Virus record (IMG/VR): IMGVR_UViG_3300028048_000072
Span: 1 to 64,000 of that record
DNA length: 64,000 bases
Strand: one strand, 5' to 3'
From: a virus
Taxonomy: Duplodnaviria > Caudoviricetes
Below, piece by piece: positions 17,923 to 28,304 of this stretch (position 1 is the stretch's first letter; every line of letters starts with the position of its first letter). The translations under genes and the position numbers were made by a program. Under the pieces are notes generated by a model that was given only the letters and a program-made list of their open reading frames with translations, was not told where the DNA came from and ran no database searches.

Positions 17923-19461
17923 TTACGAATTAGGTGATAAGTTTTCAAGAACAAGTTTTGTTGCAAATTTCTTATTGTTTGTTTTAACATCAAGATACAT
18001 TCCTAATCCCATCTGTGAGTTGAAGTTCTTCAATTCAATTGGGTTAGTAGAAATTGCACCACCAAAACTTCCGACTGATACTGGTGCATCAACATTCTGT
18101 CCTTGTACAGCCTTACCAAAGATGTATGCTTCACCACTATTAGTGATTACATTTGGTGGAGCAACAAATACACCACGACCTGCGATTTCACCAACCTTGA
18201 AGATACCAACTTTTGAAGATGGTGTACTAGCAACAAACTGACGATGTTTTGTAAGATATGAATAAGTATCGAAATCACAAACAATGTTAGAAGTATCTGC
18301 ATAACGACCAAGAGCCTTATATGTTTTACCTTCTGCACTGATAATAGCATTAAGTACAGACTGTGCATGTTCATAAGAACTATCACTACCCGCACTAGCG
18401 AAATCTGTATCAAATGTTACTGCTTGTGTCCAACTTGATGCCATAATACCCTTACGGATACATGTTTCATCAAATGCCTTACGGAATTCATCACCTGCAC
18501 CTGCAATAAGCATATCCTTAGCACCAATTCCAAGTTTAGAATTCATCAAATCTTCACTAAATCTTGTCCATTCTACAGCGAGTGGATAGAGTTGAGCAGA
18601 GAACATGTATTCAACCAAAGAAAGAAGTACAGAACCTGTCTTATTGAAAAGGTTTGTTGCTTCAAAGTCATAAGCATATTCTACTTCAACAACATCAGTT
18701 GCAGAAAGTGCAGAACTGAATGTTACAGAAACGGCACCACTTGTATAGTTGATTGTACCACTTGAAAGAGTTGCACCAACCAAAGCACCCGCACCGTTAT
18801 CTGCACCAACTTGTTCACCGTTTACAAGTACCATTACTTTGAATGGAAGAAGTGGAACGTTTGAAAGAGTTGCAGAATAAGTAGTATGTGAACCACCATC
18901 TGTAAGTGCTTCACGTTCAAATGTTGAAGGATAACGACCTTCACCATATTTTTCATAAACTACATCGCCTGCAGTAGCACCACGTTCTGTTGAACCAATA
19001 ATTGTTTCAAGTTTGTAAATGCTATCTTTCATTGAAGTCATACCCCAAACATCGAATACATCTTGTGCGATGTTGTTTGTATAACCAATACGAACTACTT
19101 TTACGATATCAGTAGGTAACATCAATCCCATTGCACCGCCTGTCTGCATTGCTTCAGTCATTCTTGATTCATTCAATGTTTTCATTGTTGCAATCTGTTG
19201 TGCGTTTTGTAAAAGAATTGGGTTATTATAAGCATTGCGTTCTGTGTTTTCAAGCATACAAAGAAGTGCTTCTGCCTTTTTTGCATCCTTATCGAACATT
19301 TCATCAAGTTTACGTTCTGAAAGAGCCAAACCTTTTGATTTAGCAAACTTTTCTTTCATTTTCATAATCTTTGATTCACGTTCTGACATTTTTTCATTAT
19401 AAACTTCACGAGCCTTACTTTCAGACATTCGCATTACTCTACGAAAACCATTATTTTCCAT
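17923..19461 (-). CDS. Major capsid protein (gp23-like HK97 fold) with a beta-rich insertion domain
   Basis: Charged cleavable-type N-terminus; 'IAQDVFDVWGM'; 'YPLAVEWTRFSEDL'; 'KVGEIAGRGVFVAP'; strong RBS and TAACTAT at 19620..19625. Confidence 0.9.
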   Translation of the reverse strand: MENNGFRRVMRMSESKAREVYNEKMSERESKIMKMKEKFAKSKGLALSERKLDEMFDKDAKKAEALLCMLENTERNAYNNPILLQNAQQIATMKTLNESRMTEAMQTGGAMGLMLPTDIVKVVRIGYTNNIAQDVFDVWGMTSMKDSIYKLETIIGSTERGATAGDVVYEKYGEGRYPSTFEREALTDGGSHTTYSATLSNVPLLPFKVMVLVNGEQVGADNGAGALVGATLSSGTINYTSGAVSVTFSSALSATDVVEVEYAYDFEATNLFNKTGSVLLSLVEYMFSAQLYPLAVEWTRFSEDLMNSKLGIGAKDMLIAGAGDEFRKAFDETCIRKGIMASSWTQAVTFDTDFASAGSDSSYEHAQSVLNAIISAEGKTYKALGRYADTSNIVCDFDTYSYLTKHRQFVASTPSSKVGIFKVGEIAGRGVFVAPPNVITNSGEAYIFGKAVQGQNVDAPVSVGSFGGAISTNPIELKNFNSQMGLGMYLDVKTNNKKFATKLVLENLSPNS

Positions 19462-19664
19462 AATTTTAATCTCCTATATAAAAATTAATTGAATAAAATC
19501 TTAAAAATCGTTTTATATAACCTAACGAATTATAAAAATTGAAAAAACCATATTACTTTTTCACAAAATTTACTTCATATAAACCTAGTAAATTTAGATT
19601 CTTTTCCAATATAATAAAATAGTTAATATTTAAATTTCTAACTTATAAAAAAATTAACATAATT

Positions 19665-19703
19665 AAAAAAAATCCCTTTACTAAAATAAAGGGGATTTAT
19701 ATA
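19665..19703 (-). repeat. Direct repeat copy A (terminator hairpin) flanking nuclease gene 19704..21362
   Basis: AAAAAAATCCCTTTACTAAAATAAAGGGGATTTATATA; matches 21382..21420 except for one C. Confidence 0.9.
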
Positions 19704-21362
19704 TTATGATTTAATATATTTAACCTTAATCGTACCACAATCATAAATTCTATAATAACCATTATTTTCCATATTTTCAAATTCTGTTTTATTAGAATCG
19801 TATGATTTCAATAATCCTTCTTTATAATATTTTTCAATTTTATTTTTCATAAAAGTGTATCTAGGATGTATTCTCTTTTTATTAAATTGTTTTGGACTTA
19901 CATACATATATGTCGGTGGATTAATATGTGAAATTTCAAAACCTACTTTAAAATATCCTTTACCATCAAACATTCTTCTTGAAATATATGATACAATTTC
20001 ATCACAATTTAATTCTTTACTAACATGGTTTATTAATTTTGAAAATCCACCCATAACTTGACAATTTAATTTAGTTGCCATTCGATTTAACTCCAATTCA
20101 CCTTTTTTATGTGATGCTTTTGTTAATCCTACACCTTGAATTAATTCATCATTATCATAAAGTCCATATCTATATTCTGCTCTTGCATATCCTTGTATAT
20201 GATTTTTGTTTAAGAAAGATTTCCATTCTTCATTTGAAATTTCTTTAAATGTTAATTTTCTAGCCATATATTTTTTATCGTAAATTCCTAATGCACCACA
20301 AATAATAGACTTACAAATATCTTTCTTTTCTTCCCATTCATAATCCCAAAATTGAATCAATCTGATTCCCTTTTCTTCACAAGCAATTGTCTTATTAAGA
20401 TGATAATTTTTATCTTTATTTTTATGCCAAAAATAACCATTTAATTCTATTGCAAGATTTTTAGATGGAATATAAATATCTAATTCTTTAGGTGGAATTA
20501 TTTTCTTAGAATTTTCAATAATTTCAAATCTTAATGATTTTATAAAATCACAAATTTCTTTTTCAACAAATGAATAATTAGCCATTTTTGTTTTAGAAAA
20601 ATAATCTTCCAATACAGAAATATCTTTTTCTAAGATATAACTTGAACCACATATATAATAAGATTGTAATTTTAAATTAATTACTACATCAGAAATTGTA
20701 TTAGGTAATTTATCAAACATAATACCTAATTCTTTATAAGATATTTTATCGGATATTTGAGATTTTGAGTTGCGTTTTCTAGTATTCATTTTTTGTTCAT
20801 TCATTTTTTGTTTTTCTATTTCAGATAAATTTTTCCAATAATTACTTAATTTCTTTTTACCTTCATCTGATTGAGAAAAATATAATACACCATAATGATT
20901 GATAATCGTTTTTTCTTTTTTATCTTTAATTGATTGTACTTTTGAGATATTATCAACTCCATATCTTTCAACACAAGTCTTTTTATAATTTTCAGATTTT
21001 CGTTTTAAAGAATCTTTATCAATTGAATTTTTAATTTTTTCTTTTACTGAATCTAATTTGTTAGTAGAATCTACACCGTATTTTTTCATACAAGTATTAT
21101 GATAAAATAAAGACTTTGTGTTTTTATTCTGATTTAAAAAATCTACAATTTTATCAACATCTGATTTTAAATAAAGTGGATTATTTGCATAATTTTTATA
21201 TTGAGTTTCTATATTAAGATATTCTATTACATTCTTTATTACAGATGATTTTCTATTTACAATTTTAGAAATTCCTTTTACTGTTTCTAATTTTTCATCA
21301 TTTAAATAATAATATTGGTCTGCTTTTCTAATCAATCCACTCATATCAATATTATCAAACAA
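19704..21362 (-). CDS. Hef-like endonuclease with GNAT-like C-terminus (copy 4)
   Basis: ELDIYIPSKNLAIELNGYFWH; ELNRMATKLNCQVMGGFSKL; SYISRRMFDGKGYFKVGF; three KYG-type repeats. Confidence 0.75.
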   Translation of the reverse strand: MFDNIDMSGLIRKADQYYYLNDEKLETVKGISKIVNRKSSVIKNVIEYLNIETQYKNYANNPLYLKSDVDKIVDFLNQNKNTKSLFYHNTCMKKYGVDSTNKLDSVKEKIKNSIDKDSLKRKSENYKKTCVERYGVDNISKVQSIKDKKEKTIINHYGVLYFSQSDEGKKKLSNYWKNLSEIEKQKMNEQKMNTRKRNSKSQISDKISYKELGIMFDKLPNTISDVVINLKLQSYYICGSSYILEKDISVLEDYFSKTKMANYSFVEKEICDFIKSLRFEIIENSKKIIPPKELDIYIPSKNLAIELNGYFWHKNKDKNYHLNKTIACEEKGIRLIQFWDYEWEEKKDICKSIICGALGIYDKKYMARKLTFKEISNEEWKSFLNKNHIQGYARAEYRYGLYDNDELIQGVGLTKASHKKGELELNRMATKLNCQVMGGFSKLINHVSKELNCDEIVSYISRRMFDGKGYFKVGFEISHINPPTYMYVSPKQFNKKRIHPRYTFMKNKIEKYYKEGLLKSYDSNKTEFENMENNGYYRIYDCGTIKVKYIKS

Positions 21363-21381
21363 ATAAATATCTTAGTCAATG

Positions 21382-21420
21382 AAAAAAATCCCCTTTACTA
21401 AAATAAAGGGGATTTATATA
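21382..21420 (-). repeat. Direct repeat copy B (sheath gene terminator hairpin)
   Basis: AAAAAAATCCCCTTTACTAAAATAAAGGGGATTTATATA; perfect AAATCCCCTTTA/TAAAGGGGATTT stem. Confidence 0.9.
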
Positions 21421-21440
21421 ACATTCTTTTTTTTTAATTA

Positions 21441-23264
21441 TTAAAGACTTGTTACGGCTTCTTCTACATCCACACCACTCTTGTAAAGAGTAAGGTTCAA
21501 TCTTATCTTTTTTGAATACTTTTTCGGAACAATCGCTACTTCTACCACCAATGTTTCTTGATTTCTCATTTCTGCAGTATTATTTGTATTATCACAAAGA
21601 ACATAATAATCTTCCAAAGCATTTGCATAAGCAGAAAGAATTGAATTACATCCACTTCTTACATCTGTATATGCAGTATCATCAATAAGTTTACCAATTC
21701 TCTTAGGTAATACATTCTTTTCGATAAGTTCAAGAATTGTATCTACAAGAGATGAAATACCAATATCAGAAAGTACACTAAGATTTGTATGTCTAGTTGA
21801 TGCGTTTTCAATAAATACACCATAAGTTTTACTATTAATTACCGCATTTACAAAATTATCTGCAAGTTTTTCAAGTTGCGATTGATTAGCATTATAAGAA
21901 AGTTTTGTAATAGATGAACCCAATTGACCACCGATGCCATTTTGGTCTAACCACATCGGTTCACCATATCCATTATTCAAAATATCAACCATCTTACCAA
22001 CAATCAATCCCATGTTTGAACAAAGGAAATTATTTCCATTGTAAACATCTTTATGAATTCCCCATGCCAAAACATAGCAATATAAACCACGATTGTTTAC
22101 ATTTCTATGAGCAATAGCAGGGTCTGCAAGAATATTTTCAACGGATGTATTAGGTGAACAATACATAAATCTACATCGTTTCTGATAACTTTCTCTCAAT
22201 GTTTCAAATTTTGAAATTACTTCATCAGATGAAGTTGCATCAAATACGATTTTTACATTGTATGTTTCTGTATCCATTAAAGCATCATAAACATTTGCTA
22301 AATCTGAACCACTAATTTCTGCACCTCTATCACCACCATTTAATTCTACATAAGTTGTATCACTAGTAAATGAATCAAATGTATCATGATTTACATAAGG
22401 TGTGAAAAGAAGTTGATTATCATTGAAAATATTTTCAATGTAAATATTATTTCCTTCAGAATCTTTTGAGTTTTCTGTCAATCCTACAGTAAATGGTGAA
22501 TTGAGTAATTCTACATATTCATCTTTAATAGGATTATATCTTGATACATGAATATCAAACGCTGTATCAACATACTTATTTGTTACTACTTTTACTTTCA
22601 AATCATCTTTCTGACAATCTCTATCAAAAAGTACAAATAAAGTAGATGACATATCAGTTTTATATGTTGCTACAATATCACCTTCAGGAGCAACAGCAAA
22701 TGTCAATGTGAGTTTACCATTACTTCTATCATAACTTGCAGATGTAAATGTTTCATCTGTATCAGTAATAATTTCTACACTTTCATCAGTAGAAGAAATT
22801 TCCAAAGCAACACCATTTACAGTAATGCCAATACTATTATTAATGTAATTTTCATAATTTGGTAATGTCGCAATAAATGTAGTTTCTACAGAATTACCAC
22901 TTCCAACTTTAGATGCACTTTCAATTTCAGAAAAATCAGAAATTTCTTTAGAAGAAACACCATTTACAAACGGTACTGTTCCGTTAGGTGTAATGAAAAC
23001 TCCACCATATTTACCGTTTTTATATGGAGATGCTATATATAAATCTGATTTTGCTACAACATCTAACGCATCTTGAATTGAAGGATAATTTTTTGACGGA
23101 TAACCAAATGTATCAATTACTTTTTGTGTTTCACCTTTTGAAAAAAGATAAAAATCTTCACATCCTTTAGGTGATTTAATTACTGTTGCACATACAACTT
23201 GTGAAGTAGTAGATGCTCTATTAGTATTGTCGTTTAAATTAGATTTTATTCGCCAACTTTCCAT
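21441..23264 (-). CDS. Tail sheath protein (gp18-like)
   Basis: 'VELNGGDRG'; C-terminal 'YYVLCDNTNNTAEMRNQETLVVEVAIVPKKYSKKIRL' sheath signature. Confidence 0.9.
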   Translation of the reverse strand: MESWRIKSNLNDNTNRASTTSQVVCATVIKSPKGCEDFYLFSKGETQKVIDTFGYPSKNYPSIQDALDVVAKSDLYIASPYKNGKYGGVFITPNGTVPFVNGVSSKEISDFSEIESASKVGSGNSVETTFIATLPNYENYINNSIGITVNGVALEISSTDESVEIITDTDETFTSASYDRSNGKLTLTFAVAPEGDIVATYKTDMSSTLFVLFDRDCQKDDLKVKVVTNKYVDTAFDIHVSRYNPIKDEYVELLNSPFTVGLTENSKDSEGNNIYIENIFNDNQLLFTPYVNHDTFDSFTSDTTYVELNGGDRGAEISGSDLANVYDALMDTETYNVKIVFDATSSDEVISKFETLRESYQKRCRFMYCSPNTSVENILADPAIAHRNVNNRGLYCYVLAWGIHKDVYNGNNFLCSNMGLIVGKMVDILNNGYGEPMWLDQNGIGGQLGSSITKLSYNANQSQLEKLADNFVNAVINSKTYGVFIENASTRHTNLSVLSDIGISSLVDTILELIEKNVLPKRIGKLIDDTAYTDVRSGCNSILSAYANALEDYYVLCDNTNNTAEMRNQETLVVEVAIVPKKYSKKIRLNLTLYKSGVDVEEAVTSL

Positions 23265-23329
23265 ATCGTTAAATTCTCCTTATATCTTACATAGTTAAAT
23301 AAATAACGATTATTTCGTAATAGGGTTAT

Positions 23330-24097
23330 TTACTGAAAATATTCTTCCAATAATATTTTTGGATTAGAATCCATTACATTAGGTTTTATTAAATTTTTTG
23401 CCAAAAGAAAATTAAGAATAATATTATTCGCAATAAACAAATCTTCTTCACTAGCATAAATCAAAAATGTATCAACATTAAAATCAATTGATATTGTCCA
23501 TATTTTATTATTTACTAACCAATCGGATTCATTGTATGTCGGATTAAATTCTAAATCCATATTCAAGATTCCAATATTTTTCAATGATACATTTTCATCA
23601 CTAGTATTAAGTATAGGATTTAATATTGTTTCATTACTTCCTCCCAATAACAACCTAGAATAAGCGTATTCGCAATCTTTTTGTTGTGAAAAAAATACTG
23701 TAGATTCATATTCAATTTTAATCGGTACAAGTCTTATTTTAGAGCCTAATTCTTTATAATATCCTTTATTTCCAATATCCATTAAACCAAAAGCATTAGC
23801 GTAATTATTCCACCAATCTCTATCGGGTTCTGAATATCCAATTCTATAATAATTCATATATGGCAAATTTAATTGACCATCGTTCTTTTTTGTTCTTTCT
23901 CTAAAAGTAAAATCATTAGATGAATAAATAATTCTATCCAATGGAAAAATTAATCGTTTTGAAAAAAAATCTTCCAACGATAAATCCAAAGCATACGCAC
24001 ATGGTTGAGAACTCCAATTATTTGTAAATTGGTCTTTATAATAGAAAGATTTTGACGGTATTACTATAGAATTATTTATATTTGTCTTTTCACTCAT
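23330..24097 (-). CDS. Tail terminator / sheath stabilizer (gp15-like)
   Basis: 'LNLPYMNYYR...VPIKIEYE' pattern; lies between portal and sheath. Confidence 0.55.
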   Translation of the reverse strand: MSEKTNINNSIVIPSKSFYYKDQFTNNWSSQPCAYALDLSLEDFFSKRLIFPLDRIIYSSNDFTFRERTKKNDGQLNLPYMNYYRIGYSEPDRDWWNNYANAFGLMDIGNKGYYKELGSKIRLVPIKIEYESTVFFSQQKDCEYAYSRLLLGGSNETILNPILNTSDENVSLKNIGILNMDLEFNPTYNESDWLVNNKIWTISIDFNVDTFLIYASEEDLFIANNIILNFLLAKNLIKPNVMDSNPKILLEEYFQ

Positions 24098-24150
24098 AAT
24101 AAGAAATAGTTATAAAAATGGGAAGATTTTTTATAATCTTCCCATTCAAT

Positions 24151-26184
24151 TTATTTATTTTCTGTCAATCTTGATTTAACATCTTCTTTTTTATTTATCA
24201 TCAATTGTTCTTTTAAACAAGTAATTGATTTTGTAGGGTTTTTTGAATGATTTACAAAATATCGTTTTCCACATAAACCATTAGCAAATCCATTTTCTTC
24301 TTTACTCTTAAAATAGGCTTCTCTAATTAAAGAACCATCTTTTAATTTTTCTTCAATCATTCTTACTTTTTCTGTTTTAACAGTAGTTGTTTTTGTAACA
24401 CTAGTTGTGGAAGATGAATTTACATTACTACTTCCACTTGATGAACCACTCTTAGAAGATGATTTACTTCCACCACTAGATTTACCTTTAGCATTTATTT
24501 GATTTCCCGTAGGAACAACTAAAGGTTCACCACTTGTTTCATTTTCTTCATTTTCATCTTCTTGTTCATCAGATGCTTTAGTTAATTCATCAATCCATTT
24601 ATTTAAAGTTGCAGGTTCAATTGGCATATATCTTTTCAAAACATCTTTGATTACAGAATCAGGTAATTTATCACCTCTATCCAATCCAACCATTTGTCCA
24701 AGATTTGATAAAATATCAGTTGCTAATGTCAAGAAATCACTATCTCTTGAAATTTTATCATCATTCCAATCTTCTGTATTTGATGGCATTGAAAGTTCAA
24801 ATTCTGTCTTATCACCATCTGCAACATCAGTTAATAGTAAGTGCATACGGAAAGATTCTTCTAGTCCTTCAAGGAAAGCATCTCTCAAACTATCACATCT
24901 TCTTTGGAAAATCTTATTAAGATAATAAAGACTTTCTGCATTTTCACCACCTAAATCACCCGCACCTTGACTAGGAATAAGATATGAATCAGGAATACCC
25001 GTAGACATAACTAATTCACTTTCTTTCATTTCCAAATCACCTAATTTATCCATATCAATATCGGGGTCAATTAAGTCATAATCAAACAAATCATCACAAG
25101 TATAAATTCTTTCACCTACGGCAATATCATCTTTACCGTTTGTTTTAGGTGTTATTCCGTCTATAAATTGACGAACTTCATCTACACGTTGCATACGAGA
25201 AAATACATCCATATTTTCTTCATTTTTAATTTTAACAACTTCTCTAGGGAATGTAGCAACTCGCAACATATCAATCAACATTTGTGTAGTTTTATATGAT
25301 TTATATTGAGAAATTGCGTTGAGAAGTGGAGGTTTTCCAAATGGGAAGAAATCATTTTCTGTAGTAAACATTCTACAATGGGTAATTGCCCACGGCGGTA
25401 CACCATAACATTTTTGACCATCTTCATCTTCTGCATTAATTTTTAATTCATATCCCATTAAATATGATTTATAAAATTGTGAAAAATCTTCCAAATCTCC
25501 ACCTTTTTCAAGAGTATCGTAAATTTGTTTAAGTGAACCATATGTATTTACAAGATTCATTGAAGATTGCGACCATTGTTTTTGTTGATTTACTACACCA
25601 ACATTAAATTCCAATCTGTCTTTTACTAAAAATGGGTCTAATGATACTAAAGATGTAATTCCTTTACCGTCTTTTAAATCAATCTGATTTACCCAAAAAT
25701 TATCACCATAAACTGTCAAATTATAAAAAACATTTCTGCAGAAATTATCTGTTACACCTACATCTACAAGCCATTTATAAAAAAGTTTTTCAATCTTCTT
25801 ATCTTTAGCATTAATTGTAATTGCTTTTTGATTGTCTTTTGGTGAAAAGGCTTCTGAAACATATACTTGTACAGCGGTGTTCAAAATTGCACTTTCTGTT
25901 ACTGCATATTTCATATCTTTATATCTTTCAAATCTAAATTTATTAGACTGATAGATTCCCAAATTCATGTTTGATACAAAATATTCGTATGCTTTTTGAA
26001 TACTTGTTGGAAATTCAATAGGTTTATATTTTCCATCCAAACGTTTATTTTTTCTATTAGAAGGTTCTGTAGGTACAATATATCCTTTATCAGAATTACC
26101 TATTCTAAAAAAATTCAAAAGTCTTTTAAATCCTTTAGAATTACTAGTTTTATTTGTTGTTAATTGTATATTATCATTACTCAT
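24151..26184 (-). CDS. Portal protein (gp20-like)
   Basis: 'ERYKDMKY...LTVYGDNF...ITHCR...FFPFGKPPL...STGIPDSYL' motifs; Ser/Thr low-complexity C-terminal tail. Confidence 0.85.
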   Translation of the reverse strand: MSNDNIQLTTNKTSNSKGFKRLLNFFRIGNSDKGYIVPTEPSNRKNKRLDGKYKPIEFPTSIQKAYEYFVSNMNLGIYQSNKFRFERYKDMKYAVTESAILNTAVQVYVSEAFSPKDNQKAITINAKDKKIEKLFYKWLVDVGVTDNFCRNVFYNLTVYGDNFWVNQIDLKDGKGITSLVSLDPFLVKDRLEFNVGVVNQQKQWSQSSMNLVNTYGSLKQIYDTLEKGGDLEDFSQFYKSYLMGYELKINAEDEDGQKCYGVPPWAITHCRMFTTENDFFPFGKPPLLNAISQYKSYKTTQMLIDMLRVATFPREVVKIKNEENMDVFSRMQRVDEVRQFIDGITPKTNGKDDIAVGERIYTCDDLFDYDLIDPDIDMDKLGDLEMKESELVMSTGIPDSYLIPSQGAGDLGGENAESLYYLNKIFQRRCDSLRDAFLEGLEESFRMHLLLTDVADGDKTEFELSMPSNTEDWNDDKISRDSDFLTLATDILSNLGQMVGLDRGDKLPDSVIKDVLKRYMPIEPATLNKWIDELTKASDEQEDENEENETSGEPLVVPTGNQINAKGKSSGGSKSSSKSGSSSGSSNVNSSSTTSVTKTTTVKTEKVRMIEEKLKDGSLIREAYFKSKEENGFANGLCGKRYFVNHSKNPTKSITCLKEQLMINKKEDVKSRLTENK

Positions 26185-26193
26185 TTAATCCTC

Positions 26194-27189
26194 CTAGTAA
26201 TTTATATCTTCTTGTTTAAAAAGCCATTTAATTGTATCCATAATTATTTCAGATGGTTTTTCAATAAATCCTTCTTCTGTAGGTTCTGCAAATAAAAACG
26301 CAAAACTATCGGCAAATAATTCATCTGCACCTTCTACAGTATTATAATTTTCAGATAAATTTCTTGACATTTTCACACCTTTACTTAACCATTCTTCATA
26401 GTAATCAAACCAACATTGTTGTAAACATTCACTAAATACAGATTCAAAAATAAAATGTCCAAATTCATGATAAAGAACTAATTTATAAAATTCTTTTTCA
26501 TCTTTATCAACTCTATCTGCATAAAAAATAGAATCATTTATATAATAAGCATAACATCCTTCACCCGCATATAATTCAATCTGTTCTTTTGAAACGAGTA
26601 CAAAAGAATCAAATCTCAATAAAGTGTTAGGGAAATTTTTAGATACTGTATCTACAAATTCCATAAATGTTTCCAAAGCATAATTTTGAATTGTAGGATA
26701 ATAATAAAAATGTACACCATCTAATTCTTTATATTCCATTTTTTCAATATTGTTTAATGGATATTTTTTAAAAACTTCAATTATTTTATTCCATGCTTCT
26801 TCAAAATTTTCTAAAACTTTAAATTCATATTCTTCAAAATTATCTCTATCAATATCAATTCCCATAAGATATGTTTTCAATAATTCTACATTACCTTCAA
26901 TTTCAGGAAGAATGAATATTTCATAATCCTTTTCTAAAAAATGTAAAATTCTTTCAACATAAGGATGACCGATAATCATACCATTATCATCATAATAACC
27001 GTTTGATTTTGTAAAGTAATTTATATAATCTTCAATATCGTCTTTAGAATAAGGTTCATCTGAACAGAAAATATCTTTATACATAGATTTTCTATCATTT
27101 AAATAATCTTTTATAAAAGAAGAAATTGCAACGAAATCTTCCATAGAAATATTGAAATTTAATTTTTCAGTTAATTTATCCATAATCAC
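26194..27189 (-). CDS. Zincin-like metallopeptidase domain protein
   Basis: VLYHEFGHFIF (HExxH) with downstream ELFADSF; TAACTAT upstream. Confidence 0.6.
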   Translation of the reverse strand: MIMDKLTEKLNFNISMEDFVAISSFIKDYLNDRKSMYKDIFCSDEPYSKDDIEDYINYFTKSNGYYDDNGMIIGHPYVERILHFLEKDYEIFILPEIEGNVELLKTYLMGIDIDRDNFEEYEFKVLENFEEAWNKIIEVFKKYPLNNIEKMEYKELDGVHFYYYPTIQNYALETFMEFVDTVSKNFPNTLLRFDSFVLVSKEQIELYAGEGCYAYYINDSIFYADRVDKDEKEFYKLVLYHEFGHFIFESVFSECLQQCWFDYYEEWLSKGVKMSRNLSENYNTVEGADELFADSFAFLFAEPTEEGFIEKPSEIIMDTIKWLFKQEDINY

Positions 27190-27280
27190 AATATCCTTAA
27201 TATTTACTAAAGAAAATAGTTAGATAAATAGAAAAAGGCTAGAATTACTTCTAGCCTTGAAAAACTCTCATAAAGAATTA

Positions 27281-27706
27281 TTATCGCTTGTTTCTATGAA
27301 GTCTGTGCATACGAGCGATTCTTGCTCTACGAACGGCTTTCATTTCATCTTCCGCATTACCGATGTCATCGATATTATCTTCAACATCACCTTCTGCTTT
27401 ACGAATACGTCTGATTCTTCTCATTCTACGAAGTGCTTCAACGCTGTCATTATCATCGTCTTTCTTATCTTCTGTAGAATCTGTTTCGTCATCAGTATCG
27501 TCATCTTCTGCCTTACGAATTCTAGCCAAACGAGCCTTTCTTGCTCTACGAATTGCTTCTACATCGTATTCAATGTCTGTATCTGTAGGGTTTTCAGAAA
27601 CAACTTCTCCACCCATGTCTACATCTTCCAACATAATACGAGTACCTTTTTTTACAAGTCTACCTTCAATGAAGTAATTTTTTGTAGTCTTAAATGATTT
27701 TTTCAT
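27281..27706 (-). CDS. Protein with alternating Arg-rich and acidic blocks (putative head core or DNA-condensing protein)
   Basis: Three RRxRxARxxR blocks separated by Asp-rich tracts; TAACTAT and AAGGAG upstream. Confidence 0.7.
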   Translation of the reverse strand: MKKSFKTTKNYFIEGRLVKKGTRIMLEDVDMGGEVVSENPTDTDIEYDVEAIRRARKARLARIRKAEDDDTDDETDSTEDKKDDDNDSVEALRRMRRIRRIRKAEGDVEDNIDDIGNAEDEMKAVRRARIARMHRLHRNKR

Positions 27707-27758
27707 AATTAATACTCCTTATATATAAGTTATAATAATATAGTTAAATATTTTATAA

Positions 27759-28301
27759 CTACCATATATTTTTATTTTTAAATTCTTCAACAATTGTTTT
27801 ATAATCTAAATCTTCATTCAAAGCATAATCCACTTGCCATGAACAAAATAATTGTGTCCATAAAATACCACTAGATGGATTTCCTTTAGAAATACAATCT
27901 ACGATTTGTAATGGTATTACTTGAAATTTACCGTCTGATGTTTTTATCTTATAAAGAATAATTGAACCTATGATAATATTTGCTTTTACTAAATCTTCCG
28001 ATTTTACAAAAACTTCAATTGGTAATAAATCTGCCATATGTAATATATTTGTACTTTCAGATGATGTATTATTTTGTGTAGAACCCAAACTAGTAGGAAT
28101 TTCATCATCAGGAAAAGAAAATACTGCATCAATATCAAAATATTTATGAATTATCTTTTCTTCATTACCATATTTATCTTCTATAATTTCAAGAAAAATT
28201 GTAGATACTTTTGTTCCTAATGCTTGAACATGAGTATCCATTAATTTATTTTGCATTGCGAATATTGCTCTACTTAATTTATCTTGAACACTCACACCCA
28301 T
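27759..28301 (-). CDS. Neck / head-closure protein (gp14-like), putative
   Basis: Size and synteny with the adjacent neck-like gene and the portal. Confidence 0.45.
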   Translation of the reverse strand: MGVSVQDKLSRAIFAMQNKLMDTHVQALGTKVSTIFLEIIEDKYGNEEKIIHKYFDIDAVFSFPDDEIPTSLGSTQNNTSSESTNILHMADLLPIEVFVKSEDLVKANIIIGSIILYKIKTSDGKFQVIPLQIVDCISKGNPSSGILWTQLFCSWQVDYALNEDLDYKTIVEEFKNKNIW

Positions 28302-28304
28302 AAA

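Noticed and set aside
27257-27697. Plus-strand ORFs 27257..27697 and 27363..27677
   Set aside because: They are antisense to the low-complexity 27281..27706 gene, which has the promoter and RBS.
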